Part shown: piece by piece, positions 40,726 to 50,413 of the stretch
Layout of the letters: the number at the start of each line of letters is the position of its first letter
How positions within the stretch are numbered: the stretch's first letter is position 1
IMG/VR virus record: IMGVR_UViG_3300042314_001189
Location: 32,001-96,000 of that record
Reading direction: 5' to 3' (one strand)
Length of the DNA: 64,000 nt
DNA from: a virus
Translations under genes and position numbers: made by a program
Notes under the pieces: generated by a model
The model's input: the letters and a program-made list of their open reading frames with translations, nothing else
Told to the model about the DNA's origin: nothing
Database searches by the model: none

Positions 40726-41553
40726 ATGAACAAAAAGTATGTTAATTTTGATAATGATGATAGCATTTCAAAATATTTTAAAGATGTTAGAAAATCGGTT
40801 GTTCTAACACAAAACGAAGAGATTAGTTTAGCTAAAAGAATAAAGAATGGTGACAATAAAGCCATAGAAGAATTAGTAAACGCAAATCTTAAATTCGTTA
40901 TATCGATAGCTAAAGAATATCAAGGACAAGGTTTAGCTTTGTCTGATTTGATTAGTGAAGGTAATTACGGTTTAGTTAAAGCGGCTACCAGATTCGATTA
41001 TAAAAGAGGTTTTAGGTTTATATCATACGCTGTTTGGTGGGTTAAACAATCAATCATTCAAGGACTTAATGATAATGCTAGAGTTGTAAGATTACCAGCA
41101 AATGTTATCAACAAAATATCAAAACTAAATAAAGAGATTGCCAAATTTGAACACATAAACGAGAGAGAACCTATTTTTGGTGAAATTGTTGATGAAGAAG
41201 TTAGTGTTGAATTGTTAAGATATCCTAAATGCGCATCACTTAACGAATACATAAATGAGGACGGTGATGAGCTAATTGAATTGATACCTGGAGAAGAACA
41301 ACAAGAGGATAAAATAGAGGTTGACGAAAGAATTAAAAAACAATTAGGTAAAACCTTATCAGTATTGGATGAGAGAGAACGAAACATTGTTGAATGTTAT
41401 TTTGGTATAGATACAGATTGTGAACCAATGACACTTGAAGCTATAGGTGAAAAATATTCTTTGACAAAAGAAAGGATTAGGCAGATAAAAGAAAAAGCAA
41501 TTCGAAAGTTAAGGCACAATGCTCACGACTTATACGATTTAATTAATGAATAA
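40726..41553 (+). CDS. RNA polymerase sigma-70 factor, Bacteroidota RpoD-like (no region 1.1)
   Basis: LVNANLKFVISIAKEYQGQG, DLISEGNYGL.KAA.RFD, FISYAVWW, TLEAIG..LTKERIRQIKEKAIRKLR. Confidence 0.93.
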   Translation: MNKKYVNFDNDDSISKYFKDVRKSVVLTQNEEISLAKRIKNGDNKAIEELVNANLKFVISIAKEYQGQGLALSDLISEGNYGLVKAATRFDYKRGFRFISYAVWWVKQSIIQGLNDNARVVRLPANVINKISKLNKEIAKFEHINEREPIFGEIVDEEVSVELLRYPKCASLNEYINEDGDELIELIPGEEQQEDKIEVDERIKKQLGKTLSVLDERERNIVECYFGIDTDCEPMTLEAIGEKYSLTKERIRQIKEKAIRKLRHNAHDLYDLINE

Positions 41554-41580
41554 AAAAAAAGGGATTGAGGTCCCTTTTTT
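41552..41580 (+). terminator. Rho-independent terminator
   Basis: A9-GGGA-TTGAGG-TCCC-T6. Confidence 0.8.
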
Positions 41581-41612
41581 GACTATTGAGTATTTATAGT
41601 AAAATAAAAGAC

Positions 41613-42878
41613 ATGAAGATAAAATTTAGTTACATAATGTTAATATTAGCACTTTCAGTTGCTGGTTGTGCTGCATACTTTTCAGTGTGGGGTCTAAGTC
41701 AATTGTTTGCTGGTGCAAGCACTGCTGTTATTATAATGGCATCTGTGTTAGAAATTGGTAAAGTAGTAACAACAACTGCTTTGCATACATATTGGCATAA
41801 GTTAGCCAGAGGGTTAAAAATTTATTTAACGATAAGTGTGGGTGTCCTTATGATTATCACATCAGCTGGTATCTACGGTTTCTTATCAAACGCTTATCAA
41901 TCAACTGCTAACAAATTAGAATTACACGAAGGTGAATTGGGTGTGTTAGAAGCTAAGAAACAAGTATTTGAAAAAACAATAGCTGACAATGCTAAGATTA
42001 TCGAAACAAAAACAAAACGTGCAGAACAATTAAATAACCTTAGAGGTAATCAAGAATCACGTTTAGATAATTCAACAAATAATAGAAATCAAAGAAACGC
42101 TAGAAAAGATATTGAAAGTTCAGATAAACAAATTCAAGTATTAAATACTGAAATAGACGAACTTAACGCTAAAAATATTGTGTTGTCTGATTCAGTGAAT
42201 GCTTATAATGTAAAAGCTATTGAATTAAAAGCTGGTAGTGAAGTAGCTGGTGAAGTTGGACCTCTTAAATATGTTTCTGAATTGACTGGAACACCAATGG
42301 CCAATGTAGTTAACTTTATGATTCTTTTGCTTATATTCGTGTTTGACCCATTGGCAATTGCGCTAGTATTGGCAACAAACAGAGTGTTTGAATTGGAAGG
42401 TAAACAAACACCATTGGAACCTAAAATAGATAAAACTAAAGAAGTTTTAGAGGGTGCTGTTGAAGAATTAAAAAAACAGCCAGAGGTACCCACAACCATT
42501 GTTGATGTTATTAAAAGTAAAACATCTGAAGATGAATTACCAATAGAAGAACCTATAATGTTGGATGAACAACATGAGGAAGATATTGTTGAAGAAGTTG
42601 AAAATGTTGAGATAGAACCATGGGATATCAGACCTATTCAAGAAGAAATCGTTGTTGAAGAACCAATAGTAGAAGAAATCAAACCAATTGCTAAAAAGCA
42701 ACCAGTAATACCAACTGGAAAAGTTGAGTTGGAAGATATCAAAGAAATTAAAGAAGGTAACAGAGGTTTTTCAGTTGACATACCAAATCCAAAAACCTCA
42801 AACACAATAGAAAGAATCGGGTCAAACAAAATAGTTAAAAACGGTGATAACAACAAAGTGTATTTCAAACGTGGGTAA
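41613..42878 (+). CDS. Membrane-anchored coiled-coil protein
   Basis: Three N-terminal hydrophobic helices, long coiled coil, further helix LLIFVFDPLAIALVLA, acidic tail; TATTTATA at 41591 favours ATG 41613. Confidence 0.75.
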   Translation: MKIKFSYIMLILALSVAGCAAYFSVWGLSQLFAGASTAVIIMASVLEIGKVVTTTALHTYWHKLARGLKIYLTISVGVLMIITSAGIYGFLSNAYQSTANKLELHEGELGVLEAKKQVFEKTIADNAKIIETKTKRAEQLNNLRGNQESRLDNSTNNRNQRNARKDIESSDKQIQVLNTEIDELNAKNIVLSDSVNAYNVKAIELKAGSEVAGEVGPLKYVSELTGTPMANVVNFMILLLIFVFDPLAIALVLATNRVFELEGKQTPLEPKIDKTKEVLEGAVEELKKQPEVPTTIVDVIKSKTSEDELPIEEPIMLDEQHEEDIVEEVENVEIEPWDIRPIQEEIVVEEPIVEEIKPIAKKQPVIPTGKVELEDIKEIKEGNRGFSVDIPNPKTSNTIERIGSNKIVKNGDNNKVYFKRG

Positions 42879-43489
42879 TGATAATTGATGATAAAACATA
42901 TGCTTTAGAAGAAAAAAATTACGTACCGATTGAATGTATTAAAAAGCAAATAGTATTAGCCAACACTTTTAATCACGATATGAAACACGTGATTGGTTGG
43001 AAAACAAGATACAATGGTGAATATAAAAAAACAGCTGCATTTACAATAGATGCGGCTGGTGTTGTTCATCAACATTTCGACCCTAGGTATCAATCAAAAT
43101 ATTTTGGTAAAATCGATTTAGACATGAAAACCATCATAATATTATTAGAAAATGATGGGTGGTTATTCAATGATAAAGAAAAAAATAATTATATTACTTG
43201 GTTTGGTGATATTTATAATAAACCATCTGATGTTTTTGAAAAAAGATGGAGAGGATATACACATTGGGCCAACTATACAAAAGAACAGTTTGATTCATGT
43301 GTTGAACTAACCAGAATGTTATGTGATGAATTTTTTATCCCAAATATGGCGATATCACACAACACAAAGGTTGATACTCTTTCTGATTTTCAAGGAGTTG
43401 TATATAAAAGTAATATTGAAAAATATTATACCGACTTAACACCAGCATGGGATTTTGAAAACTTTAAAAATAAATTAGAAATAATATAA
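42878..43489 (+). CDS. N-acetylmuramoyl-L-alanine amidase-like protein (Amidase_2 fold, degenerate)
   Basis: KKQIVL, FTIDAAG.V.Q, YTKEQ..S..EL...LC, ISH, DLTPAWDF. Confidence 0.6.
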   Translation: MIIDDKTYALEEKNYVPIECIKKQIVLANTFNHDMKHVIGWKTRYNGEYKKTAAFTIDAAGVVHQHFDPRYQSKYFGKIDLDMKTIIILLENDGWLFNDKEKNNYITWFGDIYNKPSDVFEKRWRGYTHWANYTKEQFDSCVELTRMLCDEFFIPNMAISHNTKVDTLSDFQGVVYKSNIEKYYTDLTPAWDFENFKNKLEII

Positions 43490-43494
43490 AAATT

Positions 43495-44010
43495 ATGGCA
43501 CAAAACATAAACGAACACGACATGACCAAAAAGATGATGGATATCATCAGAGGTGGTTATAAAAAAACATTGTTAAAAGAAGAAGAAATTGAAGCTACTT
43601 CTACAATGGCACCAGACACATCTCAAGTAGCAATGGCTCAATCACCAAGCGATGGTCGTGAACCTTTAATTAAATTGGACAATACTTATTTTGAGGTTCC
43701 AAAAGATGACCAAAGGTATAAAGATTTAACAAAAAAACTACAAGACATTGCAAACGTTACAGTTACAAGTATCTATGTTTCAAAAAACAAAGATTTGGTA
43801 ATAACTGGTGAGGCTTTACAGTACGAAAACTCTGGTTTATATTTCACAATGGCATTATCTAACAAAGACGTTGTAACGTCAACTGAAAATGTTGAAGGTG
43901 ATGAAGCTAATATTATAATAAATAAATTAACTGGTTTCCTACAAAACCTTAGAGATGATTCTGCTGGAACTAGCGAATATCTTTATGATGAAAAAGTTGA
44001 TAACAAATAA
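43495..44010 (+). CDS. Hypothetical protein with INE/LLKEE leader
   Basis: MAQNINEHDMTKKMMDIIRGGYKKTLLKEE. Confidence 0.7.
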   Translation: MAQNINEHDMTKKMMDIIRGGYKKTLLKEEEIEATSTMAPDTSQVAMAQSPSDGREPLIKLDNTYFEVPKDDQRYKDLTKKLQDIANVTVTSIYVSKNKDLVITGEALQYENSGLYFTMALSNKDVVTSTENVEGDEANIIINKLTGFLQNLRDDSAGTSEYLYDEKVDNK

Positions 44011-44024
44011 ATAAAAAAATAGAT

Positions 44025-44591
44025 ATGTTTATAAAAAGTAGAATAATCGCAATTTTATTAATAATCATAATGGTTTGTATGAGTTCATTATATGGTTTGT
44101 TCAAACTTTACAATTATGAGAAAGAAGAAAGAAAAAGATTTAACGACAACTATCTTGCTGTAACGACTGACAGAGCAAGACAACAAGAATTGACAGCTAA
44201 AGAACTAAAAGAACTTTATCCAAGATACGATAGTTTAGCTAAAGAGTTGAATATAAAAACAAAACAAATCACAAATATAATTGAAACTAGATACAGATTT
44301 AGAGATTCGGTTGTTACAAGCACAATATTAAAAAAAGATAGTATCTCAGAAAAAAGTTTTTTCACCTTAAAAGAAAAATGTTACACTTTCTCTGGGTACA
44401 TAAAACAAGACTCAATATCGTTTACAAACAAAGAGTTTAAAGACAATCTAACAACTTTTTTATACAAAGATTGGAAACACAAATATCTTTTTGGTTTAAT
44501 AAAAACAAAACCATATTACACAGCTAAAGTTTATAGTGAATGTATGAAAGATACGGTTGGTGTTCAAAACAATATAAAATTGAAAAAATAA
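44025..44591 (+). CDS. N-terminally anchored protein, possible spanin/Rz-like
   Basis: Single N-terminal transmembrane helix then coiled coil; near the amidase-like gene; function inferred. Confidence 0.45.
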   Translation: MFIKSRIIAILLIIIMVCMSSLYGLFKLYNYEKEERKRFNDNYLAVTTDRARQQELTAKELKELYPRYDSLAKELNIKTKQITNIIETRYRFRDSVVTSTILKKDSISEKSFFTLKEKCYTFSGYIKQDSISFTNKEFKDNLTTFLYKDWKHKYLFGLIKTKPYYTAKVYSECMKDTVGVQNNIKLKK

Positions 44592-44613
44592 CAGTTTAAT
44601 TAATAGTTTTAAA

Positions 44614-45324
44614 ATGGATAAAAACCCAGAACAAGGTAAAAACAAATCAAATAGAAGTTATAGAAAAAAAACAAAACCAGTATCTTCTGGACAAACTAAA
44701 ACACAAAATTCAGTAATATACGGTAAAGAATATTTAGAAAAGAAAAAACTTGAGATTCCAATGTATGACCCATACACTGGCGAACCAAACCCACACTATG
44801 AAGAGTTAACTGGGAAAAAAAACCCATTATTGGATAAACCAGAAAATAGAATCGAATCAACAAAAAAGGGTGATAACCATAAATCTACGTCACTAAAATA
44901 CGGTAAAGATTATGTTTTACCAGAATTTGGTAGAAAAAATAGATTCTTATTGATGCTCCCTAAAGAATTTAACATTGAACCATTTTTTGTTAGTAGTGTT
45001 AGCGGACCTAATATTATATATGATAATGTAAGAATTTTAGGGATTAAAACATGTTTAAAAAAATATTATGTAGAAGATGTTCACATAAGTTTTAATGTTC
45101 CAGTCAGTAATCAAATAATGAAAAAATTATACGATACTACAGTTAAAAACAAAAAGTTTTGTTTTTCGGTTGAAATAATAGACCCAACGGGTGTTGTTTA
45201 TGAAAATTGGGACTTTAACGGATGTTCAATCAAAGAAATACACTTCGATGATTTATCTTATGACAATGATGGAATCATGAAAACTAACCTTAGAATAAGC
45301 GTTGGCCAGTACACGATAAAATAG
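44614..45324 (+). CDS. Tail tube (T4 gp19-like) domain protein with basic N-terminal extension
   Basis: KNRFLL..SVSGP..IIDPTGVVYENWDFNGC.I..I.FDDLSYD. Confidence 0.6.
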   Translation: MDKNPEQGKNKSNRSYRKKTKPVSSGQTKTQNSVIYGKEYLEKKKLEIPMYDPYTGEPNPHYEELTGKKNPLLDKPENRIESTKKGDNHKSTSLKYGKDYVLPEFGRKNRFLLMLPKEFNIEPFFVSSVSGPNIIYDNVRILGIKTCLKKYYVEDVHISFNVPVSNQIMKKLYDTTVKNKKFCFSVEIIDPTGVVYENWDFNGCSIKEIHFDDLSYDNDGIMKTNLRISVGQYTIK

Positions 45325-45344
45325 AAACGTATAAATATTAAAAT

Positions 45345-45369
45345 AAAGCCCCACGTAAGGGGCTTTTTT
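45345..45369 (+). terminator. Rho-independent terminator
   Basis: AAAGCCCC-ACGTAA-GGGGCTTTTTT. Confidence 0.85.
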
Positions 45370-45409
45370 AGTTAAATTACTATATTTATATATAAAAATA
45401 ACCCCTAAA

Positions 45410-45652
45410 ATGGATAAAAAAGTTAATGAAGATATCACTAAAACTGATGTGACTAAACAAATCAAAGTCTACATGGACGGTAGTGAGTTTAAAAACAAGG
45501 TTGAGAAGATTGTCAAAGACAGAATAAAAAACGAAAAAGAGTTAGAGGATAAAGTGGTTGAAATCACTAAAAACGTACTAACTCAGTTATATAAAACTCT
45601 TTGGGTTAAAAGAAATACTTGGGTAAATAACTTGTCAAATAAAAACAATTAA
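45410..45652 (+). CDS. Hypothetical protein (80 aa)
   Basis: TATTTATA at 45383; VNE near the N-terminus. Confidence 0.7.
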   Translation: MDKKVNEDITKTDVTKQIKVYMDGSEFKNKVEKIVKDRIKNEKELEDKVVEITKNVLTQLYKTLWVKRNTWVNNLSNKNN

Positions 45653-45659
45653 TTATACG

Positions 45660-48386
45660 ATGAAAAAAATTAAGATAACAAAAGAACAGTATAACAGAAT
45701 CGCTGGGTTGTTAACCGAGGGTGATGATGGCTACGCAAAAGGTGGTTTAGCAAGAGTTGATAAACAATTCAAAAAAGCTTTTGCTGGTAAAGACGTTTTA
45801 AACGTTAAGGTCTCTGAAGACATGAAAACAACTAGCTTTGACATTAAAAAACCTAACACTAGTGTACCTAGAAAAGGTCAAGCTAAATTTGGTAAAACCT
45901 TGAGTGAAGGTACTGAAACTTTAAAAAATGAAACCTTAGAATTGATAAAATATCTTTACAGAAAAAGTGAAGAATTTTCTCCGTTTTGGGCTGAACATGA
46001 TTTAACGTATGATGATATTTGTGATTCATTGTTGGATAAAGGTGTTATTGTTAAAAAAGACGGTAAGTTTGAGTTATCAAAATCTTTAGGTACAGCGGAC
46101 GAAGCTAAACAAGCAGTTGAAGATGCGCTAAGCGAAATGGTTGGTGTTGAATTGACAGAATATGACAATTACAATTATCCAATGGGTGCTGACGCTAACC
46201 CTAACGCTCCATGGAATCAAAAAGAACCAAAATACAGTAAAGCTTCTATAAACCCATCAAAATTAACGTTTGAAGGTTTATACTCAAACGGTGAAATTTG
46301 TATCTTAAAAGATAAATCTGGTCAATTATATTCATTCTACTATGATAATGTTTCAGAAGAAGAATTAAATTCACTTGCTTATGATTTAGGTTTTGCCGAA
46401 GAAGAATATATTGGCAAAGATGAAGATGGTATGCCAGAATTTGATTATTATTATAATTGGAAAGGAAACCAAGATGAAGAACCAGAAGTTTTAGCTGCAT
46501 ATGCTTCAGAAAACACATTAGATACTGGTGAAGGTTTAGAAGCTTGGGAAAACGGTGTTGAATTGGTTAAAATAGATGATGCACTTAAAAATGAATTACT
46601 AAGCGTTTACGATAAAGATAGTAAATTAGTAAGTTTATTAGGTGGTGTAAACGAATCTGAAACAGAAGGAGATAGATTAGCTAGATTGAAATCTGTTATT
46701 GCACAAAGAAGAGCTGACTCAGATAAATGGGATGCTGAAAGATTTGCAAGAAGAGACCAACAAAACGCAATAGATAGCGCAAACGCTGAAGAAAAAATGA
46801 GACTTCAGAGCATGCCAAAACCAACACCAGAACCTAAAAAACCAGTTGGACAATACAACATGTTTGGTGGTGTTGATGAAATGGATGCTAGTGCTTCTGG
46901 CGCATTTACACCAGCTTTTGGTGCACAACCAATGAGAAAAGAAATGCCTATTGTCACAAACGTGCCAGTAGTTAAAGAAGGTATGGTCGATTCACCTACT
47001 ACAAATGGTGAATACACAACACCAGCTTTCAAAATGAAAAAAAACCACACAGATTTTGCTGAAACAAAACCTAAAGCATTTAAAAAAACGCAATGGGCTG
47101 GTGGCGGCTTCGTAGAATTTAATGACTGTGTTGATTTGAACAATAAACCAGCTGGTACTGGTTGTAGTACTGGTGCTGTTGATAACGTAGTTAAGGTTAG
47201 AAAAACCAAAGGAAACGTAAACGCACCTTCTTTGAATGAAGGTATGATGCGTGAAGCGTTGAAACTACAACACGATAAAAAAGAAAACAGACTAATTGTA
47301 ATTTCTGATTTAGAAGGTAGAGCTGGTAGTCAAGAAACATTTACTAACAAAGCTGTACTTAAACAAAATGGTTTTGTTTGGACTGGAACCAACTGGGCTA
47401 TACCAGTAGACAAATTAGATGTTGCTAAACAAACTTTAACCCTAATAAATAAAGCTGAGTACTTGATTGATAAATTAGAAGATTTGGAAAGTGCTGTTGA
47501 AGAATCTGGTGCTGATAATAAAAGTTTATTAAAAGCTAGACTTGAACAATATATTTCTGATTTAGCAAACGCAACTGATGAAGCTGCTTTATCTGCTGAG
47601 ATTAGAAGATACTTAACGTTCTTCTCTAAATTCCATAGTTATAGTTTCTACAATAGAATGCTTATCTTTATTCAAAGACCAAATGCGACTAGAGTTGCAT
47701 CATACAAAACATGGCAATCAAAATTCAGACAAGTAAACAAAGGCGCAAAAGCAATAACTGTTTTGGCACCAATCATAAGCAAATCTAACAAACCAGAAGA
47801 TGAAGACGACAATTTCTCATCAAACTCAGACGTTAGAGGGTTTAGAGCTGTAAACGTATTTGATATTTCAGACACAACACCAATTGATGAAAGAGGTGAA
47901 GTTCCAGAACAACCACAATGGTGGGGTGATAACACACCTTCAGAAACTGCTGATGTGTTATTCGAAGCTGTTGTTGAGGTAGCTAAAGATATGGGTATAA
48001 ATGTAACACAAAGCGATGCAAAAGGTGGTGAAAAAGGATATAGTGCTGGTGACCACATTAATATTTCTTCAGATGTAACTGGTGCTGGTAGATTATCTAC
48101 AATGATTCACGAAATTGCTCACGAATTAATGCACTGGAAAAAGTCATCAATCTATTTTATTGACAACGGTGAAGGAAGACAAAAATCAGAATTACAAGAA
48201 TTACAAGCCGAAAGCGTGTCTTATGTTGTATTGAAACATTATGGAATACCAGTTTCACATCATGCAACATACTTAGCATTGTGGAAAGCGAATAAAGATA
48301 GAATTCAAAATAACTTAGAAATTATCTCAAAAGTATCTCAATTTATTATAACTAAAATTGATGCACAAGTAGCTGAAGGTAAATAA
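45660..48386 (+). CDS. Multidomain protein with C-terminal ArdC-N-like ssDNA-binding domain and zincin metallopeptidase (MPTase-like)
   Basis: FHSYSFYNRMLIFIQRPNATRVASYKTWQ..RQVNKGAKAI.VLAP..VFDISDT; HEIAHELMH..ELQAESVSY. Confidence 0.8.
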   Translation: MKKIKITKEQYNRIAGLLTEGDDGYAKGGLARVDKQFKKAFAGKDVLNVKVSEDMKTTSFDIKKPNTSVPRKGQAKFGKTLSEGTETLKNETLELIKYLYRKSEEFSPFWAEHDLTYDDICDSLLDKGVIVKKDGKFELSKSLGTADEAKQAVEDALSEMVGVELTEYDNYNYPMGADANPNAPWNQKEPKYSKASINPSKLTFEGLYSNGEICILKDKSGQLYSFYYDNVSEEELNSLAYDLGFAEEEYIGKDEDGMPEFDYYYNWKGNQDEEPEVLAAYASENTLDTGEGLEAWENGVELVKIDDALKNELLSVYDKDSKLVSLLGGVNESETEGDRLARLKSVIAQRRADSDKWDAERFARRDQQNAIDSANAEEKMRLQSMPKPTPEPKKPVGQYNMFGGVDEMDASASGAFTPAFGAQPMRKEMPIVTNVPVVKEGMVDSPTTNGEYTTPAFKMKKNHTDFAETKPKAFKKTQWAGGGFVEFNDCVDLNNKPAGTGCSTGAVDNVVKVRKTKGNVNAPSLNEGMMREALKLQHDKKENRLIVISDLEGRAGSQETFTNKAVLKQNGFVWTGTNWAIPVDKLDVAKQTLTLINKAEYLIDKLEDLESAVEESGADNKSLLKARLEQYISDLANATDEAALSAEIRRYLTFFSKFHSYSFYNRMLIFIQRPNATRVASYKTWQSKFRQVNKGAKAITVLAPIISKSNKPEDEDDNFSSNSDVRGFRAVNVFDISDTTPIDERGEVPEQPQWWGDNTPSETADVLFEAVVEVAKDMGINVTQSDAKGGEKGYSAGDHINISSDVTGAGRLSTMIHEIAHELMHWKKSSIYFIDNGEGRQKSELQELQAESVSYVVLKHYGIPVSHHATYLALWKANKDRIQNNLEIISKVSQFIITKIDAQVAEGK

Positions 48387-48444
48387 ATCTAGAAAATTGA
48401 ATTTTTTACATAAAACATAGATATTTATAATAAAATCAAATAAG

Positions 48445-50358
48445 ATGGACAAAAACATAATAAAACAACACTTAACTCAAAGGTTTGTAAATGAGGCAAA
48501 AGGAGAAACAGCAACACCTGGTATTACTGTTACTAATTCTGTCAATAAGAAATCTGGTGATGTTAACAAAAAGGGTGTTAAAGACATGGAAAAAGATTTA
48601 TCTGCTTATGATAAAGCTTTGAAAAAAGGTGCTGAAACAACCAAAGTCCCAAACAAATTTAACTACAACGGTGATTCTGAAATCGAGTACCACAACCAAA
48701 TGGAAACACTTAATGGTACTGAAATGAATGAATACGACAGAGAACCAACAAAAGAGTTTAAAGATAAAGCAAAAGAAGGTTTAACTGGTAGTGAAAGAAT
48801 GGGTAATAAAGGTGGGAAAGATGTAGGTAACGCTGAGGAAACTTGGGGTGCTTCTTCTGATGATTTTGGTAAAGAAAAAGACAAAAATATTAAAGCGTCA
48901 ACTAAGAAAAGACAAGACGCTGTTAAAGGTATCATAAGCTTCGGTGATGATATCGAAACAGTATCAAAAGATTATGCGCCAATGTCTAAACACACAGCGT
49001 ATAACGAAAATAAAGATAATAATAAACCACAAATAAAAGAATCAATGAAAAGACTTAAATTTAAAAAAGAATTCAAAGGTGTTGGAAACGCACTTAAAAT
49101 GATACCAGAGTCGTACAAAGTAGATAACAAAGTATTTGAAATGACTGATGGTAACGAATCATACAAAATCCGTTGGGAAGGAACTTTAACAGAAGGTAAA
49201 GCTGTTGTTCTTGTGGCTTCAGACAAAACTATGGTTAATGAAGACATGCAAAAAATGAAACACCTAATGGGTTACAAATCACAAGATACTTTAGGTCTTG
49301 TAAGAGGTAAATCTAGAATCAACGAAAACGCTGTTTTCTCTGATATGTATAAAAAATCAAAAGCGTTATTAGAAGGTGAAGACATTGATGATGCTTCAGC
49401 ATCTGAAGGTGATATGGATGATGCTGTTAAACATGCAGCAGAAGCTAAAAAACATGTTGAAGGTTCAGTATCAACTGAAAAAGGAACGCAAGCTCCAGCA
49501 CCTAAAACTGGTAATCTAGAAGATGTTAAGAAAAAAGCACCAGAAGCAACTAAACATGTTGAAGGTTCAGTATCAACTGAAAAAGGAACACAAGCTCCAG
49601 CACCTAAAACTGGTAATTGGGATGTAAACGTTAAAGGTCAAGCACCAGAAGCGAAAAAACATGTTCACATGTCAGAAGGAATTCAATTAGGTGAAAACTT
49701 TTTTGCACCAATGGAAGAAGGTCTATACGAATACGGTAGTGAGCATGAAATGCCATTAGATGTTGCCGTTGGTCAACTTAAAGATAAAACAGCTGGGGTG
49801 AACGAGTATGGTGATGAGCATGAAATGCCATTAGATACTGCTGTAAAATCTATGTCTCTTAACAAAGAAGGTATGATGAACGAAGGTGCTGGTTTAAAAA
49901 ACATGTTTAGCACAGCAAAACAAATTGCTAGTAAAATTTTACAAGGCGAATTAACCGATGAGGATAAACAAGATATTATGAATGCAACTAATAAGATTGG
50001 AGACCCAAAAGCGATGCTTTCTAAATTAAGTGGTATTTCACAATTAACACCAGAAGAAGAAGCAGAATTAACTAATCAATCAACTGAATTAGCTGAAGGT
50101 TGGTGGGGTGACACTGGTAAAAGATGGGCTGCTAGATTTTCAGCTTTAATTGGTGCACCAGCATCGTTGATAGCATCAATAATGGGTATGTGGTCTCAAG
50201 GTGCTGGTTGGGCTGATAGTCCAATTTTAAGTAGAGTACACGACATGACTGACGCAGCATTTGGTATCTACGGTGGTCCAGTTTCAACTTTAGGGTTCTT
50301 TATCTCAATACTATACTTAGGTGCTGCATTAATAAATTTTAATGCTGGTAAAAAATAA
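48445..50358 (+). CDS. Charged, repeat-containing protein with C-terminal hydrophobic helices; putative internal virion protein
   Basis: TATTTATA at 48422; many x-x-E sites; C-terminal GGPVSTLGFFISILYLGAALINF. Confidence 0.65.
   Translation: MDKNIIKQHLTQRFVNEAKGETATPGITVTNSVNKKSGDVNKKGVKDMEKDLSAYDKALKKGAETTKVPNKFNYNGDSEIEYHNQMETLNGTEMNEYDREPTKEFKDKAKEGLTGSERMGNKGGKDVGNAEETWGASSDDFGKEKDKNIKASTKKRQDAVKGIISFGDDIETVSKDYAPMSKHTAYNENKDNNKPQIKESMKRLKFKKEFKGVGNALKMIPESYKVDNKVFEMTDGNESYKIRWEGTLTEGKAVVLVASDKTMVNEDMQKMKHLMGYKSQDTLGLVRGKSRINENAVFSDMYKKSKALLEGEDIDDASASEGDMDDAVKHAAEAKKHVEGSVSTEKGTQAPAPKTGNLEDVKKKAPEATKHVEGSVSTEKGTQAPAPKTGNWDVNVKGQAPEAKKHVHMSEGIQLGENFFAPMEEGLYEYGSEHEMPLDVAVGQLKDKTAGVNEYGDEHEMPLDTAVKSMSLNKEGMMNEGAGLKNMFSTAKQIASKILQGELTDEDKQDIMNATNKIGDPKAMLSKLSGISQLTPEEEAELTNQSTELAEGWWGDTGKRWAARFSALIGAPASLIASIMGMWSQGAGWADSPILSRVHDMTDAAFGIYGGPVSTLGFFISILYLGAALINFNAGKK
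49450..49617 (+). repeat. Direct repeat, 102-bp period (KHVEGSVSTEKGTQAPAPKTGN x2)
   Basis: Near-identical 66-nt blocks at 49450 and 49552. Confidence 0.85.
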
Positions 50359-50381
50359 AAATTAAGTAGATAATAAATATT

Positions 50382-50413
50382 AAAAAAAAAGGGGAGCTTA
50401 GGCTCCCTTTTTT
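50382..50413. terminator. Bidirectional terminator between convergent genes
   Basis: A-run, GGGAGC-TTAG-GCTCCC, T-run. Confidence 0.85.

Noticed and set aside
43209-43216. TATTTATA inside the amidase-like coding sequence
   Set aside because: Intragenic and about 285 nt from the next start; compatible with chance in AT-rich DNA.
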